NCBI GenBank assembly: GCA_027451365.1
Contig: DAIDJN010000056.1
Coordinates: 118,226-182,225 of the forward strand
Direction: 5' to 3'
Source of the DNA: Phycisphaerales bacterium
GTDB lineage: Bacteria > Planctomycetota > Phycisphaerae > WQYP01
DNA length: 64,000 nt
Shown here: positions 48,203-58,600 of the stretch, one piece after another
Numbering within the stretch: position 1 is the stretch's first letter
How the letters are laid out: each line of letters starts with the position of its first letter
Notes under the pieces: model-generated
Seen by the model: only the letters and a program-made list of their open reading frames with translations
Database searches by the model: none
Told to the model about the DNA's origin: nothing
Translations under genes and position numbers: made by a program

Positions 48203-48775
48203 ATGCAATCAATGAATCACATCGTGTTGGTGTCCGGACTGCCGCGATCTGGCACTTCTCTGATGATGCAAATGCTTCATGCCGGCGGCATGCCCGTATT
48301 GACAGACGAGCGTCGGCCGCCTGATTTGGCGAATCCACGCGGCTATTTCGAGTTTGAAGCCGTCAAGCATACCAGACAGAATGCGGCGTGGATTCAGCAG
48401 GCCGCCGGCAAAGCGGTGAAGGTCATTTATCGCCTGCTTTACGATCTGCCGGAAGATCAGCCGTTACGCGTTATTTTCATGCGACGGAATTTATCGCAGG
48501 TGGTAGCCTCGCAACAGGCGATGCTGGGACGACCTCCCGGGTCGGTCGCTGAAAATCACCGCCTGATAACCATTTTTCAGCGTGAATTGGCGCAGCTTGA
48601 CGGTTGGCTCACAACCCGGCCGCAAATCAGTGTGCTGAATGTCGCGCATGAAAGACTGATGGCCCATCCGGAGGTCGTCGTCAAGGAAATAGGCACTTTT
48701 CTGACTCAGTCGCTGGACATGGCGGCAATGCAAAAGGCCATTCAGCCAGCGTTGTACCGGCAGCGGCACATCTGA
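48203..48775 (+). CDS. Sulfotransferase-family protein
   Basis: 5'-PSB-like loop VSGLPRSGTSLMMQML; NPRGYFEFE; 3'-PB-like IFMRRNL..VVASQ. Confidence 0.85.
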   Translation: MQSMNHIVLVSGLPRSGTSLMMQMLHAGGMPVLTDERRPPDLANPRGYFEFEAVKHTRQNAAWIQQAAGKAVKVIYRLLYDLPEDQPLRVIFMRRNLSQVVASQQAMLGRPPGSVAENHRLITIFQRELAQLDGWLTTRPQISVLNVAHERLMAHPEVVVKEIGTFLTQSLDMAAMQKAIQPALYRQRHI

Positions 48776-48820
48776 ATCGCGTAATTATATTGTCTTATAT
48801 GGCTCTTTTGGCTAGGCCAT

Positions 48821-50410
48821 TTACTCCAGTCGCAACCGCGAATCTGATAAATCCAGACAGTACATCAACTGATTGTAATCGTAGCGTGGAATCGGGTGTG
48901 AATTGCCGGAAAAGGACGCCGAACAGGTCCCCTGAAAATAAATAATACGGCCGTTTTCCTGATCAAAAAACGGGTTCTGGGTCGGATTGTAAAATGAATA
49001 ATCCGGATGCGTGGCAATTTTATGTGCCAGCCGCCACGGCCCGGTCGGCTGCGCCGCAATTGCCAGCCAGATTTCCCCCAGGACCGAGGCTCCTCCATGC
49101 TGCACCGCGATCATGATCCAGCGCTTCAAAAAAGGGTTCCAGAAAAATGAGCCGTTCTGGATTGTAATCGGCTGATGGCTTTGTGCATCCATAAGTTGAA
49201 AATGCGCGTCGGCCGGTTGCAGCAGGCCGGACGAAATTAATTCCCGCTCGTGGTTAGAACTCAGCGGAGGCGTATTGAGTTTCCATGCCCAGACCACTCG
49301 ACCGGCCGAATTTCGCTCCACCATGGATTTGCGACCCGCATACCGCGTACCGGGAGCCAGACAGGTAAAGGCCTCATATTGGCCGCTGTCCGCCAGCGCA
49401 TGCAGCGCAGCGGCCGCCCGAGCAGTTGGAAATTGCGGCGAAAACAGCCGGTATTCACGCCCGTTTTCCCGGTACGCGGCCGGATGGCCGATTGGAAATC
49501 GCCACTGTTCCTTCGGCTGATACACATGATATTTCTCAAATTCGCCGGCTTTCTGATTCCAGACCGCCAGGCCCTGCTCATATATCTTTCCCATTCCCTT
49601 GCGCCTGGTATACCGTGCGACAAGTCGCAGAGTCCCGTTCCGGTCGGGAACCGTGGTAAGTCCATCAAGCCAAACTACACCGCCCGGTTCATCAGGCAAA
49701 GGGCACATCGCCCGGCAGAAACCGGACGAATCGGTAAAGTATCGAAGGTTAATGCCTGCAGCCGGATTCAGCCCCCCGTGTCCGGGAAGGTCGGATACCG
49801 CGCCGGAGGTCCGGAAATTCCCCAACGGGTATCCTGGGCGAGCGGTATCGCCCCATATCCAGAAAATTCGCCCGTTGTATACCGTTGCCAGGCATGAATC
49901 CTGCCCCATAACCTGCCCGTTAAGCAAGGGCGCGTCAATAGGCGGATGAACCCCCAACCGCAGACTGTCGGCGTAAATGCCTTCACCGGTTATGCGGTAA
50001 ATCCTCTGCGCGACGTTTATCCGATGCATTGATATATGTGCGATTGAATCGGGTTTCACGTCCAGCCCGACGCCGCTGTAGCCGAAGCCGTCACTGGGAA
50101 AAGTGTAACCGGGACTGGAAACAAAAAAATAGACGTGGCGATTCATAAAACCCGGATCTGCAATCGCGGCGTAGCCCGCGCTGTCTGTTACATATCGCAC
50201 CTGGTTCACCGTGCGCAATTCCACCAGGGGAATGCCGCGCCCGGTCTGGGCATCCACCACATGAATGCCGAACAATCCTGTCGCCGGCGCGACAGCTTGT
50301 TTATTTCCCGTGGGTGCCGCAACGCCATATACAACCGGAGTCGTCACCAGTGCCCCGGCCGCCACCGCTAACCCGCTGGCCAGCATTTCCCGACGATTTA
50401 TTGTTGTCAT
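48821..50410 (-). CDS. Tat-exported hypothetical protein, probable carbohydrate-active beta-propeller
   Basis: NRREML Tat motif; WIWGDT, WNPFLKRWIM, PTGPW, YSFYNP; lies downstream of GH92 and GH2. Confidence 0.7.
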   Translation of the reverse strand: MTTINRREMLASGLAVAAGALVTTPVVYGVAAPTGNKQAVAPATGLFGIHVVDAQTGRGIPLVELRTVNQVRYVTDSAGYAAIADPGFMNRHVYFFVSSPGYTFPSDGFGYSGVGLDVKPDSIAHISMHRINVAQRIYRITGEGIYADSLRLGVHPPIDAPLLNGQVMGQDSCLATVYNGRIFWIWGDTARPGYPLGNFRTSGAVSDLPGHGGLNPAAGINLRYFTDSSGFCRAMCPLPDEPGGVVWLDGLTTVPDRNGTLRLVARYTRRKGMGKIYEQGLAVWNQKAGEFEKYHVYQPKEQWRFPIGHPAAYRENGREYRLFSPQFPTARAAAALHALADSGQYEAFTCLAPGTRYAGRKSMVERNSAGRVVWAWKLNTPPLSSNHERELISSGLLQPADAHFQLMDAQSHQPITIQNGSFFWNPFLKRWIMIAVQHGGASVLGEIWLAIAAQPTGPWRLAHKIATHPDYSFYNPTQNPFFDQENGRIIYFQGTCSASFSGNSHPIPRYDYNQLMYCLDLSDSRLRLE

Positions 50411-50477
50411 ATTCTTTGTCCCTGTTGAGGCCAACCAGGCGCACAATCTGTGCCAACCTCTGCCTGCTGCCAGCGCA

Positions 50478-53039
50478 TCAGACACTTCCGGTGGCGATAT
50501 CCCGCAATGAGCGAACCTGCAAGCGTGACCGAAACTCATCCCAAGTCAATCGTTTGGCTGGTCTGACAAATATCACCGTCGAATGCCCGGCAGCCAGATG
50601 AAAAAAATTGTCTGAATATTCGGCATCGCAGTCTTTCAGAGATAACCACATCCATAAGGCGGGTTTCCGAGCGATCAGGATAACGCGAAATCTGTCAGTT
50701 AAAGCCACCAAATGGATGACTACCTTCGGATCGCGTAACGCCAGTTCTTTCGGCGCGACAAAAAAGCTGCAGTTTTCCGACACAGTCTTGCCATTGACTC
50801 GCACCGATGTCCATATCAGGAGATTATTCATACTCGTATGACCCGGCAGAGCGGAATAATTCAGTTGGTGGCATAGGCGGCTCTCCCGCGGTGAAAGGAG
50901 AATGGCCATATTTCCCCGATCCAGCACTTCGCCATCCAGATTACTGGTATGCCAAACAAGGTCGCCATGAACCGGTTCCAGGCGATCGCTGGTTACCCAT
51001 ATTTCCATCGCGCCGGTTTTGGCATCTTGTCTGCCACTGACCAGTACGGGTGCAAAGAACCTTCTGGCGGCATACATAAGCGCCTTCCAGCGATGATACC
51101 AGTCGATCATGGACCAGGTCGGACCGGGCCAACTGTCGTTCAACTGCCAAATCAGACTCGCCATGCTGCGGGGCATGCTTCGCCGCCAGTGTTCCACTCC
51201 GTAACCCACCACGTAGGCCTGCATGATTTGCGTCAACCAGATCGCCGATTCAAAATCCCGCGGCGTGGGTCCGAAATAGCGATTAACATATTGCATCATG
51301 CCGTCGATACCCACGCGCCCCCATGACCGCTCATGATACACCATCACCTTGCTGTAAATGCTTTTACGGTCGGAAGGTGATGTGTAAGCGTGAACGGTCA
51401 TCGGTGACGGGAATGACTGAATCCCGAATTCAGAAATAAATCCATCTTTTGCGGCAAAACTTTTGTGCGGATATACAACATGCCATGCGCCCCAGTAATG
51501 AAGATCGTTGTGGCCGCCAGGGTCGCCACTGCCCGATTCATAGCTGGCGCCTGGCAATTCGCGGCGTACAATTCCTCCAATGGTCGTCTGAAAAAGAAGA
51601 TTGAAGCCCTTGAACCAGAATATTTCATTGTTTCCGCTCCAAAGAGCAATACAGGGATGATGGCGGTTCAGACGAACCTGTTCCTGAACTTCCCGTCGGA
51701 CATTCTCCATCCACGCGGCGTCAAAGACCGGATAAAAATGATTGGCAAACTTGAACTCAAACAATACCAGAATTCCCATTTCGTCGCAGGCATCAAATAG
51801 CGCCTGTGGTTCGTAATATCCGCCCCCCCAGAAACGGAGTGCGTTAAAGTGGCAATCGCGGGCGTCCCGTACAAAGCGCCGCAGAATGTCCGGCGTTACC
51901 CGTGACGGAATATTATCCGCTGGTATCCAGTCCGCCCCTTTGCAAAAAAATGGTACACCATTGACTTCCAACTGGCCTGAATGGTTTGCCGTTTTATCAA
52001 TATACCGTATGGTTCTCAACCCGATGCGGCGTTCCGCTCTATCCAAGGTTGTTTTTCCCGAATCCCGCAATTCAATTTCAATGGTATAAAGCGGATGTGG
52101 CCCCATCCCGTTGGGCCACCATATTTCGGGCGCAGGTATGTGCAGACTCAGCGTGCCTTGCCGCCGGATTATGGCCGTGTGGCCGGCGGTTATCTGTCGG
52201 CCGTTAAACAATACAGAAACATGCGCGTCCAATCCGGCGTTGGAAATTCCCTCTGTGACGATGCCGACGGTAAGCTTCGCCACTATTGGGTCCTGTATAT
52301 TTTGCTCGACCTTAACATCTGCAATCCGACAATCGAATCCGACCAGTTCAATGGGCTTCCAGATTCCGCAGGTCAACAATGGCCGACACCAGTCCCACCC
52401 CCACATATATGGGGCCTTGCGCACCCAGCTTTGCGTTGCCTTTAGCATGACGCCATGTCTGGCCTTATACGCGGCTGCGCGTGCCGCGGCATACGGGCCC
52501 AGTGGGGCAAATTCAATGGTGATGCTGTTTTCGCCGGCTTTGACGATCCCTTTCACATCAAACCGCCAGGTGCGATACATATTGTCCGCGCTCCCCGCCA
52601 ATACCCCGTTAATCCGTACGCTGGCAAGCGTATCCAACCCGTGGCAAACCAGTTGGACATGCTTTTTTGCAAGTAAATCCGGCCCTGCATGAAACGTTCG
52701 CCGATAAATCCAGGTTGCCCGCGCGGCCCACTGAACATCACTATTCTGATCACGAAAAAAGGGATCAGGAATTGTTCCGTTATTCAACAGGTCGGCGTAC
52801 TGGCTGCCTGGCACCGCAGCGGGCAGGACCGCGGGCTTGCCCTTCTGCTGCATTGTCCAGCTATTGCCGCCCAGATCCAGCGAAATTCCTGGCTTTACGT
52901 GCGCCGATGCCGTCAGGTCGGTCGACGAGTTATGATTTACAGCGGGAGCCGCCGCGACAATGCCGGCCGCGATTGTCAGAAAATCGCGTCGATGATATGG
53001 GCTGGCGTCTGCGGGGTGCCCGTTCTTGTGATTGACCAT
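50478..53039 (-). CDS. Tat-exported GH2 beta-mannosidase
   Basis: RRDFL; GLDT, RKAPYMWGWDW, KGADWIP, WGGGYYE, WSGNNE, ISEFG, WQLNDSWP. Confidence 0.93.
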   Translation of the reverse strand: MVNHKNGHPADASPYHRRDFLTIAAGIVAAAPAVNHNSSTDLTASAHVKPGISLDLGGNSWTMQQKGKPAVLPAAVPGSQYADLLNNGTIPDPFFRDQNSDVQWAARATWIYRRTFHAGPDLLAKKHVQLVCHGLDTLASVRINGVLAGSADNMYRTWRFDVKGIVKAGENSITIEFAPLGPYAAARAAAYKARHGVMLKATQSWVRKAPYMWGWDWCRPLLTCGIWKPIELVGFDCRIADVKVEQNIQDPIVAKLTVGIVTEGISNAGLDAHVSVLFNGRQITAGHTAIIRRQGTLSLHIPAPEIWWPNGMGPHPLYTIEIELRDSGKTTLDRAERRIGLRTIRYIDKTANHSGQLEVNGVPFFCKGADWIPADNIPSRVTPDILRRFVRDARDCHFNALRFWGGGYYEPQALFDACDEMGILVLFEFKFANHFYPVFDAAWMENVRREVQEQVRLNRHHPCIALWSGNNEIFWFKGFNLLFQTTIGGIVRRELPGASYESGSGDPGGHNDLHYWGAWHVVYPHKSFAAKDGFISEFGIQSFPSPMTVHAYTSPSDRKSIYSKVMVYHERSWGRVGIDGMMQYVNRYFGPTPRDFESAIWLTQIMQAYVVGYGVEHWRRSMPRSMASLIWQLNDSWPGPTWSMIDWYHRWKALMYAARRFFAPVLVSGRQDAKTGAMEIWVTSDRLEPVHGDLVWHTSNLDGEVLDRGNMAILLSPRESRLCHQLNYSALPGHTSMNNLLIWTSVRVNGKTVSENCSFFVAPKELALRDPKVVIHLVALTDRFRVILIARKPALWMWLSLKDCDAEYSDNFFHLAAGHSTVIFVRPAKRLTWDEFRSRLQVRSLRDIATGSV

Positions 53040-53355
53040 CGGCGCGTATCTCCAAAAACCGGGAATCCAGTCGAGCGGGTGCAACGCATTGTCGCAAATC
53101 CCGCCTTCATCAGATGCTTAATGGCGATCCGGAGAAAATATTTCTCCACGCGCGCCGGCGCAACTCGTCTGTCGCAAAAAGACACCGCAGGTGTGCCACC
53201 TCGGCCTGATCGCGGTTCCAGCCGGTCGGGGCGGGCCAGTTTGCCACGGCCGAACAGGTAGCGGCCCGTTCCAAACTATGCGCGTCGCGGGCAAGCTTCT
53301 AATGGGCGGCCGCACTGCAGCCGGAAATAGCGACTTTGGTGCGCCGCACCAAATA

Positions 53356-55878
53356 TCAGGGGGTTAAAACCAGCCCCGACGGTGGACGATCCGCCGCATC
53401 GCTCCCCCAACTCTTGTTCGGCCGCGAACCCATCTTAAAGTGCAATTCGCCGCCACGAAGAATTTCAGAATGATGAATCCAGGATCGGGTCAATGGCTTG
53501 CCATTCAATTCGGCGGATTTAATGTAGACATTCGTATCCGAATTGTTGTCCGCGATAATTGCAAACGTTGTTCCGGCATGCGGCATGCGAATGGCGGCCC
53601 GGTTCACCAGTGGACTGCCGATGACATAAACTCCATTGGCGGGATTGACCGGATAAAAACCCAACGCGCCGAATACAAAACAGCTGGATGTCTGTCCGCA
53701 GTCGTCGTTGCCCGGAATGCCGGCGGGCGTATTATTGTACAATGCCAGCATGCGCCGCACCCAATACTGCGTTTTCCAGGCCGCGCCGGCGAATGAATAC
53801 AAATACGGAATATGGTTGCTTGGTTCATTCGCCTGCGCGTCTTGTCCGATCATTCCGCTAATATCCGGCGGTGAGTTGTAGGTTCTGGATGGCGCGGTAA
53901 AAAGAGCATCAAGTTTTGCGACAAAGGCCGCATCCCCACCGTACAGACCAATTAAGCCGCGCACATCCTGGGTAACATTAAATGTCGCCTGCCAGGCGTC
54001 GGATTCGGTGTAATCACTCCAATATTCCCGATCGGGTTCAAATGGTTCCCGCCATTTCCCGTTTTGCAGCCTGCCTCGCATAAAGCCTGTGGCGGGATCA
54101 AACAAATTCCGATAGTTGCGACCATAACCGTAAAACAAGCGGGCGTCATCCGCTTTTCCAAGCAATTCAGCCATCGCACCCACGCACCAGTAATCGTAGG
54201 CCATGTCTAATGTCGCCGAGACTGCGGATTTTCGTGGCCCCGAATGGATGTAACCGTGTTCCCTGAAGGATTCCTGCAACTTCCTTCGACCGGTAAAAGC
54301 ATCACCCCGCATGGCGGTATCATACATTGCAGCATAAGCCGCGGATGCATCAAAGCCGCGAAATCCGCGCACATAGGCTCCCAGAATCATGGCCACCACA
54401 TGAAATCCGGCCATGCACCAGGTTTCATTTCCCCACAGCGGCCAGACCGGCAGCGAATGAGCGTCAAGTTGCCTGTAAGCCATCAGAAGCGTCTGGATCA
54501 TTTCGTTGGTGCGCTCGGGTTGCGCCAGCATCAGCAGCGGAAACTCACTGCGATAAATATCCCAGATGGAAAATGTCGTGTAATTGTTAAACCCGGGACC
54601 GGGGTGATTCCGGTGGTCTTCTCCACGAAAGGTTCCATCCGCATCGTTAAACGTGGCAGGTGAAACCATGCAATGATAGCACCCGCTATAGAATGCTTCC
54701 TCCAATGCCGGATTGAACAATTCAGCTTGAATGCCTTCCAGCGCCTCATTCCATGCGCGGGCGGTCTTGTGCCTTACCGTGTCGAAGTTCCAATGGGGAA
54801 TTTCGGCATTAAGATTTTTTCGCGCCCCCTCAATTCCCGTACACGAAATTCCCACCCGCACCAGCAGTGGTTCGCGGGATGGTGCGTGACGGAAAATGGC
54901 CTTTATCTGTACGCCGGTGAAATGGCGCTTCAGTGGCGGGTGGTGTTCCGTCCTGTGTCCGTCTACTGACACCTCGTAGCCGACTACAGGCTGACTGAAC
55001 TCCATAACAAAATAAACCTGCTTATCCGCGGCCCAGCCGTGTGTGCTGCGCACACCACTGATGGTCATCTGACTTTCAATGTTCAACTCCGCGTGATACA
55101 CCTTGCAGCCAAGGCCATGCACCAAATCCAGCAGGACGCCCCGCCGCATATGTGCCGCCATCGCGATATAGGTATACCGGTGCATGCCGCACCGCGTGGT
55201 GGCGGTTAATTCGGCATTGACACGCGGCGTCTGCAGATACACGCGATAGTAGCCCGCCTGCATCGTTTCATCCCGGTGCGAGAATCGCGACGCATATCCC
55301 CGTGAGGCATGCCGACTGACCCATCCTGATTTCCTCCCCAGCGCTTGAATTTGCGACTGATGCTGCTTCCCTGGAACATGCGCGTCCCAGCCCCAGTTGG
55401 CACCTTCAACCACCGGCATCAATAATACGTCGCCCAGATCCATTGCGCCGGTTCCGGATAAATGCGTATGACTGAAACCTTTTACAACGTTGTCCGAATC
55501 GTGGTAACCGGAGCAGTGGTCCCAGCCATATTCGCTATACCAGCCGATCCATTTTATCTCCGGCGGACCGGCGGTATCCGGACTAAGCTGCACCAGCCCA
55601 AAGGGGGCCGTTGCTCCGGGGAATGTGTGTCCATGCCAGCCCGTGCCAATACGCGACCGAACATAGCTCACCGGCCCCACGTCGGAAACCATGCCGCTGG
55701 TACCTGACCGCACGTCAGTTTTTGGCTCCGGGGCAGACGCGGTTCGATCTGCGTTAATGAACGTCAGCCCGCTGCCATATATGGCGGCCGATGCAATGAC
55801 TTTTAGAAAATCCCGTCGCCGCGGCACCAGTTCATGTGAGCAACCGTTGAAACGTCCCGATTCACCGGATCCGGACAT
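53356..55878 (-). CDS. Tat-exported GH92 alpha-mannosidase
   Basis: RRRDFL; GHTFPGA..PFG.VQLSPDT, FSHTHLSGTG, WDIYR, YTESDAWQ, NEPSNH, PGNDDCGQ; GAAGGAG RBS. Confidence 0.95.
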   Translation of the reverse strand: MSGSGESGRFNGCSHELVPRRRDFLKVIASAAIYGSGLTFINADRTASAPEPKTDVRSGTSGMVSDVGPVSYVRSRIGTGWHGHTFPGATAPFGLVQLSPDTAGPPEIKWIGWYSEYGWDHCSGYHDSDNVVKGFSHTHLSGTGAMDLGDVLLMPVVEGANWGWDAHVPGKQHQSQIQALGRKSGWVSRHASRGYASRFSHRDETMQAGYYRVYLQTPRVNAELTATTRCGMHRYTYIAMAAHMRRGVLLDLVHGLGCKVYHAELNIESQMTISGVRSTHGWAADKQVYFVMEFSQPVVGYEVSVDGHRTEHHPPLKRHFTGVQIKAIFRHAPSREPLLVRVGISCTGIEGARKNLNAEIPHWNFDTVRHKTARAWNEALEGIQAELFNPALEEAFYSGCYHCMVSPATFNDADGTFRGEDHRNHPGPGFNNYTTFSIWDIYRSEFPLLMLAQPERTNEMIQTLLMAYRQLDAHSLPVWPLWGNETWCMAGFHVVAMILGAYVRGFRGFDASAAYAAMYDTAMRGDAFTGRRKLQESFREHGYIHSGPRKSAVSATLDMAYDYWCVGAMAELLGKADDARLFYGYGRNYRNLFDPATGFMRGRLQNGKWREPFEPDREYWSDYTESDAWQATFNVTQDVRGLIGLYGGDAAFVAKLDALFTAPSRTYNSPPDISGMIGQDAQANEPSNHIPYLYSFAGAAWKTQYWVRRMLALYNNTPAGIPGNDDCGQTSSCFVFGALGFYPVNPANGVYVIGSPLVNRAAIRMPHAGTTFAIIADNNSDTNVYIKSAELNGKPLTRSWIHHSEILRGGELHFKMGSRPNKSWGSDAADRPPSGLVLTP

Positions 55879-56089
55879 AATTGCTCCTTCATAGATGAAA
55901 GGACAATCAGATTGTATATAGCATACCGCTTCCGGATTCAATCGTCCGCTGCCATGATCGATTTGACCGCAATATGCCCGCGAATTTTAATAGCCTCCGA
56001 TGGCTGCCGGCGGTATTTCCGCAAGCAATCCGCATCTGACGGGCGCAATAATTTCACAATCATTTTTAGCGACGCTCGATCGCGCCGCG

Positions 56090-57247
56090 TCAGCCGCTGT
56101 TCCGGCTCAGGCGACACATGGCAATGTGCCCGCCAAAACCCTGTGCAATGGTGACTGACTCTCCCTCTGCGGGCAGCGCCGCGCCATTAAGGGTGCGACA
56201 CTGCTGGTGGCAAACCGCCGATAGCGCCAACCCGACCAGACCTGACGCACCCAGGCTGTGCCCCAGCCACGCCTTGTGCGAAAAAATCGGCACGTCACCG
56301 CAGCAGGACCGAATCACGCGAAGTTCCACCTGGTCGTGGGCGGTTCCCGCGGCATGGGCGTGCACAAATGCCACACCTGCGTCGCCCGCCGCCCGCCAGG
56401 AAGGCTCCGCCAGTATTGACCGCATCCCCGCCCCCAGCCGATTCCCCTGTGGATCAGCTCCCACCAGGTACATCCCCTCCGCGCCGGCCCAAGTGGCCAC
56501 AATTTTCTCCGAGTCCCGGGGCGGCTTTTCCAAGCCAAGCAGCAAGGCCGCCCCTGCCTGCGACACTATAAATCCATTCCCATCTGCAGAAAATGGCCGA
56601 CACTGCCGATGGCCATCCGCCTGCGCGGCAGCCAGCACACCCAGATTCTTATAGCACCCCTCAAACAAGGGATGACACGAAGAATCGGCCGCCACAACCA
56701 CTGCCCGTCGGCATTCGCCCGTTCGCAATGCCGCCACCGCGCGATGCACCGCCATCAGGGACCCAGCACATGCGGCAACGGTCGTGTGCACCTGACCGCA
56801 TAGCCCAAATGCCGCGCGAACCGTCGCACCCAGCGCGCCCGCACCCATGACGATATGCCACGCCAGGTCCTCCCCAAGCGGTGGATGGCCCTCCCGATGG
56901 ATCTGTTCAATGGCGGCCAGCCACGAAATCGCCGGTCCCTTGCTGGTTGCGACAAAAACCGCCGTCTGGGGATCTCGCAACGCCTCGGCCGTCCAGTGCG
57001 CATCTTCGGTGGCCGCAAGCAGCGCGCCAAGTCCAAGCAGAATGGATCGGTCCAGCACGGCCGGCAACTGATATGTTGAAGGTTTCAACCGGGTAATATG
57101 CGCGACCGCGGGCGCAAGAAATTCCTCCGGCACATGACCCGCGTCGCATACCCTGCGGCCGTTTTCAATGGCCGCAAAAGTTTCCAAAGGCGACCGGCCC
57201 AGCGGGGTAATCAATCCCAAGCCATGAATATAGACAGGTGAATGCAC
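56090..57247 (-). CDS. Beta-ketoacyl synthase (FabF/B-like, divergent)
   Basis: GLGLITPLG, AACAGS (Cys), CRPFS, HAHAAGT (His), KAWLGHSLGA (His), GFGG. Confidence 0.85.
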   Translation of the reverse strand: MHSPVYIHGLGLITPLGRSPLETFAAIENGRRVCDAGHVPEEFLAPAVAHITRLKPSTYQLPAVLDRSILLGLGALLAATEDAHWTAEALRDPQTAVFVATSKGPAISWLAAIEQIHREGHPPLGEDLAWHIVMGAGALGATVRAAFGLCGQVHTTVAACAGSLMAVHRAVAALRTGECRRAVVVAADSSCHPLFEGCYKNLGVLAAAQADGHRQCRPFSADGNGFIVSQAGAALLLGLEKPPRDSEKIVATWAGAEGMYLVGADPQGNRLGAGMRSILAEPSWRAAGDAGVAFVHAHAAGTAHDQVELRVIRSCCGDVPIFSHKAWLGHSLGASGLVGLALSAVCHQQCRTLNGAALPAEGESVTIAQGFGGHIAMCRLSRNSG

Positions 57248-57318
57248 CGCCGCAGCCTTATGAACAATGCTCAGGAACGCTGCGGGCCGGGCGGCGCGGG
57301 TGCGTGGCCATGCGGGAA

Positions 57319-58434
57319 TCAGCCACGGCTGCCAGCCATTTCCTGATCCACGGCCACTTCACGTTCATGCAGAATTGGAATGTTGAATTTTCCAGTATGG
57401 CTGACGCGCGATATCAGCGGCTTATCCGAAGCCGGTTGAACCGGACCTTGTTCATACGATTGCCATTCCAGCCCAAGATCGCGCACCATCTGATGATCCA
57501 TTTCCGGTTTGCGGCCATACGTGGTCAGATAATTGCCTATCATCGTGCTGTCCGCACCGGCAAAAAACATCCAGCTTTGCATATCCCGCAAACAGACTTC
57601 GCGCCCACCCGCAACCTTCAGTTCCACGCCCGGATAAATAAAGCGGCAAATACTGATAATTTTCAGGCATTCCATGGGAGGCAACTTCGGCTGGCTGGCC
57701 AGCGGAGTGCCCGGAATTGCATTGAGAAAATTCAGCGGCATCACATCCACACCAATATCGCGAAGTGTGAAAATCATGTCCAGCCGGTCCGACCAGACCT
57801 CGCCCATGCCGAATATCCCGCCCGAACAGAGCGACAATCCCGCCTCCTTGGCCACGCGCAACGTATTCAACCGTTCTGAATAGGGATGGGTCGATACAAT
57901 TTGCGGATAAAATTTTTCGCTTGATTCCAGATTGTGATTCACGCGCCGCACACCGTTGTCAAATAAAAATCGGGCGGTTTCCGGCGTCAGGGCGCCAAGC
58001 GTGGCGCAGGCTCGCGTTTTTCCCTCTTTGGCGATTTTCTGCAGCATTGGCCCAAGCCAGTTTTCCAACTCGCCCCGGGTCGGGCCACGCCCGGAATTTA
58101 CGATGCCAAAGCTGTCCGCGCCCACCGCCCCGGCGTGCATGGCGGAATCCAGCACCTGTTGGTCGGTGAGTTTGCTCTGGCCTTCAATCGCGGTCTGATA
58201 ATGAGATGACTGCGCACAAAATTTACAGTCTTCTGAACAGCCGCCCACCTTGGCCGCCACAATCGCGCAAAATCGAATATTGCGGCCCTTAAATTGAATC
58301 CGAATCTTATTAGCCCAGTAAAACAGATCGTACACATCATCGCCGGTCACCGCTATTAGTGACGCGGCCTGCTCCCGCGAAAGGAGCCGGCCGGCGAGAA
58401 CTTTTTCAGCTAAATCGCGGACTGTATCCAGCAC
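57319..58434 (-). CDS. bioB: Biotin synthase
   Basis: CSEDCKFCAQS radical SAM motif, NHNLES, CSGGIFGMGE, PLNFL, AGGRE, GNYLTT; GTG start at 58434 after AAGGA. Confidence 0.97.
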   Translation of the reverse strand: MLDTVRDLAEKVLAGRLLSREQAASLIAVTGDDVYDLFYWANKIRIQFKGRNIRFCAIVAAKVGGCSEDCKFCAQSSHYQTAIEGQSKLTDQQVLDSAMHAGAVGADSFGIVNSGRGPTRGELENWLGPMLQKIAKEGKTRACATLGALTPETARFLFDNGVRRVNHNLESSEKFYPQIVSTHPYSERLNTLRVAKEAGLSLCSGGIFGMGEVWSDRLDMIFTLRDIGVDVMPLNFLNAIPGTPLASQPKLPPMECLKIISICRFIYPGVELKVAGGREVCLRDMQSWMFFAGADSTMIGNYLTTYGRKPEMDHQMVRDLGLEWQSYEQGPVQPASDKPLISRVSHTGKFNIPILHEREVAVDQEMAGSRG

Positions 58435-58600
58435 GAATTGATCCTTTCTTTTGGTTCGCGAACCAAAATGTGGCCCACGCTCCAGATGGTTCCGCCGCTT
58501 TACACAGACCCGACCGGCAGACCATTCGCTGCCTGCGGGCACCAGCCGCTCCCAGGCAGCTCCGGCCAAATCCGGCGGCCCGGCTCCGCACTCACAAGAT

